Source: Desulfobacterales bacterium
Lineage (GTDB): Bacteria; Desulfobacterota; Desulfobacteria; Desulfobacterales; UBA5616
NCBI GenBank assembly: GCA_046483495.1
Contig: JAWODC010000044.1
Location: 128,001 to 192,000, forward strand
Length of the DNA: 64,000 bases
Direction: 5' to 3'
A program made the translations under genes and the position numbers. Of the stretch, positions 1-8,455 are shown one piece after another. Numbering within the stretch: position 1 is the first letter of the stretch; each line of letters opens with the position of its first letter. The notes below the pieces were generated by a model. That model did no database searches. It saw nothing but the letters and a program-made list of their open reading frames with translations, and was not told the DNA's origin.

Positions 1-525
1 GGTTTGCATACCATCCCTGTGAATATCCGTAAAATTGATGGCTGCAACCCCGCTGTCTTCGAACCGCGCGGCCAGGTCTGCCGCTTTTATCCGGGTGTTT
101 TTTGTCCAACCCTCTGTCGACACCATGCCGTTTCTGGCATCGATGCCGACGATGATTTTGCCGGGATATCTTTTGCACAGGTCCGACACCCACCGGGTAT
201 TTTCAACGGCTTTGGTTCCGATAACGATTCGTTTTACGCCCATATCGATATACCGGGAAACCGTGTCATCATTCCTGATTCCGCCACCCACCTGCACATC
301 TCCGTCAACCGCACTCAGTATCCGTTGAATGGACATCAGGTTCTTCGGCTGCTTTTCGATCGCGCCGTCCAGGTCGACGACATGAATGGTGTCGGCTCCC
401 TGTTCCTGCCATTTCCGAGCGGTTTCTACCGGATCATCGGAATAGACGGTTTCTTTGTCCATGCGCCCCTGAAGAAGCCGTACACAGTTTCCGTTTTTGA
501 TATCGATTGCCGGGATTATTTTCAT
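1..525 (-). CDS. hisA: ProFAR isomerase HisA (partial, 3' end runs off the window)
   Basis: Not in the ORF track. Manual minus-strand translation from ATG 525 gives MKIIPAIDIKNGNCVRLLQGRMDKETVYSDDPVETARKWQEQGADTIHVVDLDGA, the HisA N-terminal signature. ATGA overlap with the upstream gene's stop. Confidence 0.95.
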   Translation of the reverse strand, partial: MKIIPAIDIKNGNCVRLLQGRMDKETVYSDDPVETARKWQEQGADTIHVVDLDGAIEKQPKNLMSIQRILSAVDGDVQVGGGIRNDDTVSRYIDMGVKRIVIGTKAVENTRWVSDLCKRYPGKIIVGIDARNGMVSTEGWTKNTRIKAADLAARFEDSGVAAINFTDIHRDGMQT

Positions 526-1220
526 TTTAACGGAAAATCCTTCATGATTTTATCGAGACCCTCTTGGGCCAGGTCCTCGGCAGTCACCCAGCGTCCTTTT
601 CGTTGAATGAACGCTTTCAATGTCAATAGATCTTCACTAAGCGCCTGTTGCGTTTCATTGAATACGCCGGACCATATGACGTATCCTTCCGGTAAATCCA
701 AGAGATGAAATCCAAATGCTGCCGATGCCGGAGTTTCAACGGCATATCGCTTTCCGACACGCTGTTTGAATCGGTACACGTAGCCCACCAGCGCATAATC
801 AGCAGTCATTTTGCGGCCTGCGGCGATCACCTGATCTTTCTTGACGATCCCACCGCCGGCCGATTGGAAGGCCGGAAGTGCCTCTTTCACCTGTTTCGGG
901 GTGATAAGATCGAGGCGGGGGTGTCCGGTCAAGCGGGCCACTACGGCATCTGCAAGAAAATCCTCTGCGTTTTCCATCACTTCCCCGGTCATAAAAAAAT
1001 CGCCGCTGATCGGATCGGCGACGCTTCGATGAATCCCGTACAACTGTACCATGTTTCCGACCGGGAAAATTGCGACCACCGCTCTTTCTCCGGATGCATG
1101 ATGATCCGCCGGCAGGGTTTTCGGCCGGTCGGCAACGCACCCATACAAGAGAGTGAGGGTCATTAGAAAAAGGAGGACAGCGAATCGCGTTCTGCGAACG
1201 CAAGGCGATGCATCCGTCAT
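522..1220 (-). CDS. Putative lipoprotein of unknown function
   Basis: Hydrophobic signal peptide ending in lipobox LLYG-C; alpha/beta domain; translationally coupled between hisB and hisA. Confidence 0.7.
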   Translation of the reverse strand: MTDASPCVRRTRFAVLLFLMTLTLLYGCVADRPKTLPADHHASGERAVVAIFPVGNMVQLYGIHRSVADPISGDFFMTGEVMENAEDFLADAVVARLTGHPRLDLITPKQVKEALPAFQSAGGGIVKKDQVIAAGRKMTADYALVGYVYRFKQRVGKRYAVETPASAAFGFHLLDLPEGYVIWSGVFNETQQALSEDLLTLKAFIQRKGRWVTAEDLAQEGLDKIMKDFPLK

Positions 1221-1221
1221 T

Positions 1222-1836
1222 TTATAAAATCCCTTTCGATGATTGTACGCCCGGCAGCCGGGGCTCTCCGGTGCAGGCTTCGTCGAGTGCCCGGCCGAGG
1301 GATTTAAAAACGGATTCGATCATGTGATGTTCATTTTCTCCATAGAAGACATGGATATGCACATTCATAGCGCTGTGAATACTGAGGGCGCGAAAAAATT
1401 CTTTCGCCAGTGCCAGGCCGAATTTTCCTGGGGCCTCCGGAACACCGGGTACACGGTAAACGAGGTAGGGGCGTTTTGCTAAATCCAGCGCCACCGCAGA
1501 CATGGCATCGTCCATGGGTGTTACCGCATAGCCGTACCGTTTTATTTGCCGCCGATCGCCGAGTGCCGAATCAACAGCATCGCCTAAAACGATGCCGACA
1601 TCTTCAACGGTATGGTGGAAATCGACGTCCAGATCGCCGATCGCATTCACTGACAGATCGAAAAAGCCATGGACGGCAAACAGCGTCAACATGTGGTCGA
1701 AAAAGGCTATGCCCGTAGATATCTGTGCGATGCCCGACCCATCCAGACAGAGGCTGATCTCAACTTCTGTTTCGCTCGTTTTTCTTTTTTCTTTGGCTGT
1801 TCGCTGCATCCACACCCCCGGTGCGGTCATATTCAT
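1222..1836 (-). CDS. hisB: Imidazoleglycerol-phosphate dehydratase
   Basis: Motifs STGIAFFDHML, GDLDVDFHHTVEDVGI, PMDDA, GENEHHMIES, SSKGIL. The true start may be the later Met (MQRTA). Confidence 0.97.
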   Translation of the reverse strand: MNMTAPGVWMQRTAKEKRKTSETEVEISLCLDGSGIAQISTGIAFFDHMLTLFAVHGFFDLSVNAIGDLDVDFHHTVEDVGIVLGDAVDSALGDRRQIKRYGYAVTPMDDAMSAVALDLAKRPYLVYRVPGVPEAPGKFGLALAKEFFRALSIHSAMNVHIHVFYGENEHHMIESVFKSLGRALDEACTGEPRLPGVQSSKGIL

Positions 1837-1922
1837 TTCAAAAGTCTTTTACCGCAATTGAAATACTACAACCTTCTACGCGAAGTCAAGGAGTCTTTTT
1901 GGGATCACCATCTGGGAAAGAG

Positions 1923-1951
1923 AAAAAACCCCTTGTATATCAAGGGGTTTT
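1923..1951 (-). terminator. Rho-independent terminator after tRNA-Ala
   Basis: Minus strand reads AAAACCCCTTG-ATATA-CAAGGGGTTTTTT directly after the tRNA CCA end. Confidence 0.8.
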
Positions 1952-1957
1952 GAGAGC

Positions 1958-2033
1958 TGGTGGAGATGAGGGGGCTCGAACCCCTGACCTCGGCATTGCG
2001 AACGCCGCGCTCTCCCAGCTGAGCTACATCCCC
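1958..2033 (-). tRNA. tRNA-Ala (anticodon CGC)
   Basis: GGGGATGTAGCTCAGCTGGGAGAGCGCGGCGTTCGCAATGCCGAGGTCAGGGGTTCGAGCCCCCTCATCTCCACCA: 76-nt cloverleaf, G3:U70 alanine determinant, encoded CCA. Confidence 0.97.
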
Positions 2034-2210
2034 ATTTTAAAATTGCACTTTTATCAGAATGTGAAGATCAGGTCAATCAAAAAAGCCCTTGCGTTGCACC
2101 GTCGATCATTATAAGTTTATATGATTTACCGAAGGCGCATTTCGCGAGCGGAAAAACGCAACTTCGAACGAAATATGTCGGCTTTGAATGAAATGACAAG
2201 GACATGATTT

Positions 2211-3944
2211 TTGATGAAAAGAACCTTGGTACTGAAAGACGCATATAAGACGTTTACGTTGGACCAGGATAAAACCGCCTCCCCCGGGGAAACGGTTCAG
2301 CAGGTTAAACAAAGACTCAACGCCATCGATTTGGACGTACTCAGTGATACGGTCCGAATCGACAACGGCAGATTGAATATTCCTGTCTATTTCAGCATCT
2401 GCGGAAAAGACGCTGCCGTCGTATGCAGCACTCATAAACAAATGGGAAAGGGCGCCACACCTGAACAGGCGGAAGCCAGCGCGACCATGGAATTGGTGGA
2501 ACGGTTCAGTTTTTACAGCTTTATGAAGGATCGAAGCAATTTCATCATCGGAAAAGCCAAGAACCTTTCAGCCGAAACGCTCGCGTTCGATAGGATTGCA
2601 GCATCGGTGCACGACCGGTCCGATGATGTGGAAAAGGCGCAACAAATCTTTGAAAATCTCGAACTCAAGTGGACCTGGGGACACCATCTCACACGGGATA
2701 TACCGATTCTGGTGCCGTTTGACTGGTTCTATACGATTAATGAATTCAACGGCGCATCCACCGGAAACTGTGTTGAAGAAGCCTTATGCCAGGGAATCTG
2801 CGAAGTCGTGGAACGTCATGTCTCTTCTCTGATCAGCCGAAATCGAATAACACCCGCGGCAATCGACCCGAAAAGCCCTATCGACCCGATGGTCGTCGAA
2901 ATGATCGAAAAGTATACGAAAAATCGAATCCAAATCTACATTTCAGATTTCACACTGGATATGGGGATACCCACCGTCGGTGTTCTTGCCTATGATCCGT
3001 TGACGTTTCCGGATACCAGTGAAATCGTGTGGACGGCCGGAACCGCCACACACCCTGAAAAGGCGTTGAGCCGTGCGCTTTCCGAAACGGCTCAGCTGGG
3101 CGGCGATTTCAACAGCGGGGCCAACTACGTGGCAAGCGGTCTGCCGAAACTTTCATCGATCGCCGAGGCCGGTCACGTCATCAATGCCCCCGGCAATCGT
3201 CATATTCGTGACCTGCCGAACATCTCGCACGATAACGTGCGCATCGAAGTCGAGCGGTGCGTTGCGGCGCTTTCCGAAAAAGCCATGGAAGTTGTCGTGG
3301 TGGATACATCCCATCCCCGGCTCGGTCTGCCGGCCTTCTATACCCTTGTGCCCGGGGCGCATTTCAGAGAGCGGGCTGAAAATACAAGTGCAGCCTTGTT
3401 CTCGACCAAGATTATAGCGGAACAGTATCCCCCCGAGCAGGCCCTTTTCGAATTGATTCACATTGACGAGCACATCTTGCCGAACAAATACTTTATCAAA
3501 TTCTATATCGGAAAATGCCACTTGGCCTTGGAGCGTCCGGAGCAGGCACTAACGTATTTCGAGCAGGCCCTGAATCTCGAGCCCGTCCGGCAGGATGCGG
3601 CATCCGTTTATTCCTATATGGGCGTGTGCCTGAAAGAAATGGAGCGATTCGAAGAAGCGCTGGCCGTTCTTGAAAAGGGGCGCCGAATCGATGATGAAAG
3701 AACGGATATCCATAACCTCATGGGATTTTGCCGGTTCAAACTGAAAGACCATCATCAGGCGATAGCAAGCTTCAAAAAAGTGATCGCACTCAACCCGGGC
3801 TCGGCCATCGATTATGCCAATATCGGCGTGAATTACCGTGAACTGGGAGATGTGGATTCGGCTGTTCATTTTTTCCGGACGGCCCTCGCTCTCGATCCCA
3901 CCCTCACTTTTGCCAGAGACGCGCTTGAAAAATTAACCGCCTGA
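2211..3944 (+). CDS. YcaO-like ATP-dependent amide-activating enzyme with C-terminal TPR repeats
   Basis: YcaO motifs MGKG, ASATMELVER, NGASTGN, GICEVVERH, RALSETAQ; last ~140 aa are TPR-type helical repeats. Likely start is ATG 2214. Confidence 0.88.
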   Translation: MMKRTLVLKDAYKTFTLDQDKTASPGETVQQVKQRLNAIDLDVLSDTVRIDNGRLNIPVYFSICGKDAAVVCSTHKQMGKGATPEQAEASATMELVERFSFYSFMKDRSNFIIGKAKNLSAETLAFDRIAASVHDRSDDVEKAQQIFENLELKWTWGHHLTRDIPILVPFDWFYTINEFNGASTGNCVEEALCQGICEVVERHVSSLISRNRITPAAIDPKSPIDPMVVEMIEKYTKNRIQIYISDFTLDMGIPTVGVLAYDPLTFPDTSEIVWTAGTATHPEKALSRALSETAQLGGDFNSGANYVASGLPKLSSIAEAGHVINAPGNRHIRDLPNISHDNVRIEVERCVAALSEKAMEVVVVDTSHPRLGLPAFYTLVPGAHFRERAENTSAALFSTKIIAEQYPPEQALFELIHIDEHILPNKYFIKFYIGKCHLALERPEQALTYFEQALNLEPVRQDAASVYSYMGVCLKEMERFEEALAVLEKGRRIDDERTDIHNLMGFCRFKLKDHHQAIASFKKVIALNPGSAIDYANIGVNYRELGDVDSAVHFFRTALALDPTLTFARDALEKLTA

Positions 3945-4023
3945 TATGTTGCCGATTCGCTGAATACCGCTTTGATCGCGGAACACGTTCAAACAGCTCC
4001 GGCCGCAGAAACTGGCCCGATTA

Positions 4024-4062
4024 TGTCCATCAGGAATTATTTTTTCATTTCCGGATGGATAC
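4024..4062. repeat. Collapsed copy (two TIR-like ends) of the window's MITE family, overlapping the parA stop codon
   Basis: TGTCCATCAGGAAT-9 nt-ATTTCCGGATGGATAC; both arms resemble the TIR GTGTCCATCCAGAAATG at 42897. Confidence 0.55.
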
Positions 4063-4833
4063 CAGTTCGCTTGCAAGTTTCATGTAATCCCGTGCGCCGT
4101 TGCTGCTTTTCCGGTAATTCACGACAGGTTTTTTTACATAGGCGCTTTCCGCCACCGTCGTATTGGCGCGAATCACAGTTTTGAGCAAAAGATCCCTGGT
4201 CTTTTCATCGGTTTTCAGCTGCTCGAGAATCTGCCGGCATACCCGGGTTCGCCGGTCAAAAAAGGTCGCCAGAATACCGGTAATATTCAGCTTCGGATTT
4301 ATCCCTTCGACGACGGCCTCAACCGTGTCAAACAACTCATCCAAAGCGGCGTACGCATAGGGATGCGTTTGGCAGGGCACCAGCAATTCATCGGCAAAGG
4401 CGAATACATTTACCGTGAGCAACGAGAGGCTCGGCGGCGTATCCACCAATACGAAATCGTATCCATTCGTTACGGCTTCCAGGGACTCTTTAAGGCGGTT
4501 TTCCCTTCCCTCTTCAGCCACCAGTTCCACTTCGGCACCCGCGAGATCGGCAACGGACGGAATGATCTCGATGCCCGGGTAGTCCGTTTTAACGACCACG
4601 TTTCGGCCGGGAAAAGCAGCCGGATCCAATAACATATCATAAACCGTGGGATTTTTTTCGGGCACATCGACGTTTAAACCCCGCGTGGCGGCGGCCTGCG
4701 GATCCATATCCACGATTAGAACAGACTTGTTTTGATTTGCCAATGCGGCTCCCAAATTGATGACGGTAACGGTTTTGCCGACCCCGCCTTTCTCATTCGC
4801 CACGGCAATAACTCTTGCTCTTTTTGGCTCCAT
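4045..4833 (-). CDS. ParA/Soj family ATPase
   Basis: Deviant Walker A NEKGGVGKT, VDMDPQ, DTPPSL; no parB adjacent. Confidence 0.93.
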   Translation of the reverse strand: MEPKRARVIAVANEKGGVGKTVTVINLGAALANQNKSVLIVDMDPQAAATRGLNVDVPEKNPTVYDMLLDPAAFPGRNVVVKTDYPGIEIIPSVADLAGAEVELVAEEGRENRLKESLEAVTNGYDFVLVDTPPSLSLLTVNVFAFADELLVPCQTHPYAYAALDELFDTVEAVVEGINPKLNITGILATFFDRRTRVCRQILEQLKTDEKTRDLLLKTVIRANTTVAESAYVKKPVVNYRKSSNGARDYMKLASELVSIRK

Positions 4834-4860
4834 CCCAGAGTACCCCCTCTTCTCTACTCG

Positions 4861-7146
4861 TCATGTTGAATCGTCGTTTTGCAGCATTTCCCGCTTGTGG
4901 TCGATCGTCAAGATGATTGTTTTTGCCGTTTGCTTCATATCGGCCAATGATTCGGCCGCCTCATCGCTCATGGTGCCTTTTTCCCGAATAAGATCTTTCA
5001 ATTTCGACAAATCGGCGTGATAAGCCTCAAAGCGGCTGCCGAGATCATCGGCAACAAAGTTGACCGCCCCCGACACAAGCTTCAACAAGTATTGAAATTT
5101 GATGTTCTCCTGATAGTTCTTGAAGTGAAACAAAATCGCCCGTTCCATTTCCCGCTTCATTCGAATAACACCGTCTTCCAATGCCTTGTAGGCCTCTTCC
5201 CGGTTGTCCACGACGGGTTTATTGAACAGTTTCTTTACCAGTTTCAAAACGGAGTAAAAACCGAATCGTATCGTTGCGTCGGTTTTAATTCTGGCGGAAT
5301 AGCGCAGGGTGGATTCCGCCGAGGGAAGCTCGAGATTTAAAATATTTTTGACGGCATTCAAATCGATGGAGGATGCCCCCTCGACATGAACTGAAACAGG
5401 CGTTATGCCGATCTTTTCAACCGAACGGTTGTATGCTTCGAGCGCTTCAACCACCATGCCTTCATACGGGGTGTAGATCGATTCCAGGAAACCGGCAATT
5501 CGTATTTCTTTCTCTTTTATATAGCCGAATACACGGGGAATCACCGTTTCAGCCATGTATCGGTCGACCTGCTGCCTGAAATCCTGGAAAATCAGAAAAA
5601 GCGCATGATGAAATCCTGAACTCTGCAAAACATCGGCATAATCGCCGACATTAACGCGGAAATTCCGGACATACTGCAGCACGGCATCCGGGATACCGCC
5701 CGCCCTGGTGCTGAAGAACTGATCCACATCCTTCTTTAATTCGCTCGTCAGCTTTTGGGCTCCACCGTCCAATGTGTCTTTGATCAGACGCTGAATATGC
5801 CTGAGTTTATCATCGTGGCCGGATATTTTTTCGATAACCTGTCGGGCTTCACCCCGATCACCGGCAAGCACCTTCTGATGCAGGTCGATCCAATGGTGAA
5901 TGCCTTCTGCAACTACGCTCAACCGTCCGAGATGATTATGAAAGAGCAATTTCGCCCGTTGATTGCTGATGAGCAGCTGCAGCTGCTCGAGCAGCCGCTT
6001 CTTTTCACTGAACGTGCTGCCCGCGAATGCCGCCATATTATGCCATTGGAGAAGACGATCATCATCTTTTTTGGTCAATCGGTTCTTCATCCTGTCGAAA
6101 AGGATGAAAAGAGATGAAAAAGCGAACACTTGCGGGTCAGGCTTGATCAATGAAATTTCCTGGCGCACCTTTTCAATCAGCGCATCCATTTCTTCGATGG
6201 TTTCATGCTCGTTGAAATCACAATTGACCACGAAAAGAATGTTGTCCAGAATTCCCATCGCCTTGATGATGGATAGAAATCGGACATCCGCCTGACGGAG
6301 TCCCGTCCGGCTGCTGATCACATAAATAGTCAAATGTGCCATAACCAGATAATCCTGGATTTTGGCCAAATGGAGCGGGTTCGGAGAATCGCTGCCCTGA
6401 CAATCCGCCAGTTCGATATCGTGGGCTATGAGATCATCCGCGTCTATTTCGAGCAGAATATCTTTCAAATAGACGGAAAGCGCGTCGTCGCCCACGAAAT
6501 CTTTGTGGGAGTCGAATCCTTTGCCGATATATTCGACCTTTCCGCTTTCCGAATCGACCGTGTGTCTGACGGCTTCGAACCCCCTCAGGTAGTTTCGAAG
6601 AAGTATGCATCCGGCATTTAAGGTATCCCCTTTCACGAAAAAGTCCGGACCCAACTGCTCCAATTGTGATTCGATCAGCTGTCTGTCTTTTTTTCGGCGA
6701 ATATCGAATTGCCCGGTTTCGGGGGACTGCTGCAAGGACGGCAAAAGGGATATCGCCTGCTCGATATCCGCATTCACGTCATCCCAGGATTTAAAGAAAA
6801 GGGTGGCTTTCAAGGCGCTGCCCTTACGAATACGCGTGACGATGGACGTGATTACGCCGGCGCCTCTTTTTAAATAGTCACCGGATAATAGTGAATTAAC
6901 AAAGGTGCTCTTTCCGGATTTTATGGCGCCGACCACCGCTACGCGCAGCACCTCCTCTGAAACCTGTTTTTGAACCCGGTTACATATCTTTCGATAGTTG
7001 TCTGCGGTCTGTGCCGGCATGCCTGAAATGGATGCCAGGTGATCCAAAAGGCCGTCCAAATCGCTGCCGACGCGGGCGACGTCATTTTTGCCGATGTGTA
7101 AATCGTTCATGTTTTTCAAAAACCTTCCTCGGCCCGTATCTGTCAT
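4861..7146 (-). CDS. Bacterial dynamin-like protein
   Basis: G1 VAVVGAIKSGKSTFVNSL, G2 region GVITS, G3-like ADCQG, long helical stalk, amphipathic segment FGFYSVLKLVKKLF; 761 aa. Confidence 0.85.
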   Translation of the reverse strand: MTDTGRGRFLKNMNDLHIGKNDVARVGSDLDGLLDHLASISGMPAQTADNYRKICNRVQKQVSEEVLRVAVVGAIKSGKSTFVNSLLSGDYLKRGAGVITSIVTRIRKGSALKATLFFKSWDDVNADIEQAISLLPSLQQSPETGQFDIRRKKDRQLIESQLEQLGPDFFVKGDTLNAGCILLRNYLRGFEAVRHTVDSESGKVEYIGKGFDSHKDFVGDDALSVYLKDILLEIDADDLIAHDIELADCQGSDSPNPLHLAKIQDYLVMAHLTIYVISSRTGLRQADVRFLSIIKAMGILDNILFVVNCDFNEHETIEEMDALIEKVRQEISLIKPDPQVFAFSSLFILFDRMKNRLTKKDDDRLLQWHNMAAFAGSTFSEKKRLLEQLQLLISNQRAKLLFHNHLGRLSVVAEGIHHWIDLHQKVLAGDRGEARQVIEKISGHDDKLRHIQRLIKDTLDGGAQKLTSELKKDVDQFFSTRAGGIPDAVLQYVRNFRVNVGDYADVLQSSGFHHALFLIFQDFRQQVDRYMAETVIPRVFGYIKEKEIRIAGFLESIYTPYEGMVVEALEAYNRSVEKIGITPVSVHVEGASSIDLNAVKNILNLELPSAESTLRYSARIKTDATIRFGFYSVLKLVKKLFNKPVVDNREEAYKALEDGVIRMKREMERAILFHFKNYQENIKFQYLLKLVSGAVNFVADDLGSRFEAYHADLSKLKDLIREKGTMSDEAAESLADMKQTAKTIILTIDHKREMLQNDDST

Positions 7147-7492
7147 CGTACCTCATAAGATCAGGGAAAACCGTCGTATAAAAAGTTGGGGATTTTACAA
7201 TGCCTTAGATTAATTGTCAAAATTATTTCTCGCGCTTTTTCCGAATCCCGGATTCCGCACCGCCTTTCATACAATTCATAAATCGTTGTAAAATTTAAGA
7301 GTTTATGCTATAATTGATAATTTAAAATTGATGATTAAATCTCCCGGTTTTGAAGCAACGGCGGGAACTTCGGTAATACACGCGCAAAACAAGAGGTCTG
7401 AACGGTATCCGCCGGAAGCACATGCCGCCGGTGTAAAAATTTTGATGCGTTTGGTATGAGGCGTGTCGTATTGTAAAAGAGGAACTATTTTT

Positions 7493-7645
7493 ATGTCTGA
7501 AAAACATCCGGAATGTCCGTTGTATAATCCTTTGAATTGTAAAGAGTACTACAATCCAAAAATCTGTGCATTTGTTCGCAAAGACAAGATTTGTCTTAAA
7601 AAGAAAAAGCCCAAAGCAAAATCAAAGGTCAAGGAAAAAGCGTAA
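7493..7645 (+). CDS. Small Cys-rich, Lys-tailed hypothetical protein (50 aa)
   Basis: ATG 7493 after an AGAGGA RBS; MSEKHPECPLYNPLNCKEYYNPKICAFVRKDKICLKKKKPKAKSKVKEKA. Confidence 0.65.
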   Translation: MSEKHPECPLYNPLNCKEYYNPKICAFVRKDKICLKKKKPKAKSKVKEKA

Positions 7646-7703
7646 TTTAAGGCAATCCGGCCGAGGTATTCAAGCAAGTCGATCCCGCATATGTTTTTGC
7701 CAT

Positions 7704-8285
7704 CTAAGCGTTGCCCGCCGTGTTCGATAAAAAAGACGGATCAATTCCCACCCGCTTCATGGCTTCCTTCCATTTTTCGGAAATCGGAGTACTAAAAATA
7801 ATGTCGTCGAACGCCGGGCATGTTATCCAGGAATTTTGCCGTATCTCCGACTCCAATTGTCCCGGTCCCCAGCCCGCGCAACCCATAAAAATCATATAAT
7901 AACGGGGACCGGTTCCCAATGAAATCGCCTCGAGCAGATCCATCGTGTTGCTCATGGCCAATACGGAAGATACCTTAAAGCACCCCTCCCAGTCGAATGG
8001 CGGTCCGTGAAGAATGAAAATCTCATTGCTGTGAACCGGCCCTCCAAAATAGACGGGAATGTCATCGGCACCGGAAACATCGTGCAATTGCAGCTCTTCA
8101 AACAGGTCTTTTCCTGAAACCATCGAAAAAAGTCGGTTGATGATCAAACCGACCGACCCCAGAGATGTATGTTCGCATATACACGTCACAGTCATGGAAA
8201 AGTTAGGATCCATCAGACCCGGCATCGCAATGATAAAATTTCCCTTAAGCGAGTCCGTCCCTATGTTTTTTTTTGCATGTGCCAC
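7704..8285 (-). CDS. YqgE/AlgH family protein
   Basis: IAMPGLMDPNF, GLIINR, YFGGPV, GCAGWGPGQLESEI..NSW. Confidence 0.93.
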   Translation of the reverse strand: MAHAKKNIGTDSLKGNFIIAMPGLMDPNFSMTVTCICEHTSLGSVGLIINRLFSMVSGKDLFEELQLHDVSGADDIPVYFGGPVHSNEIFILHGPPFDWEGCFKVSSVLAMSNTMDLLEAISLGTGPRYYMIFMGCAGWGPGQLESEIRQNSWITCPAFDDIIFSTPISEKWKEAMKRVGIDPSFLSNTAGNA

Positions 8286-8455
8286 GTTCTCCCCCCTTTA
8301 ACGCGTTGTTCAAAGGCTTTTATCCGGATTTATCACTTTTATCGATGATGATCAAGCAATGCAGCATTACATAATCGTTTGTAATATGATGAAAATCATC
8401 CTGAATCGCTTTGCCGCTTGACCCGGTTGGAAATAATTTGTAATTTGGGACCGCT

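Noticed and set aside
1958..2033. tRNA-Ala as an island integration site
   Set aside because: No integrase and no duplicated tRNA 3' end were seen; the flanks are housekeeping genes.
7350..7435. Possible c-di-GMP (GEMM) riboswitch (CGCAAAAC..AGGTCT)
   Set aside because: I could not build the P1/P2 stems or the GNRA tetraloop; it would need an Rfam search.
7493..7645. The small Cys-rich protein as the YcaO precursor peptide
   Set aside because: It lies 3.5 kb away across two opposite-strand genes and has no leader/core organisation.
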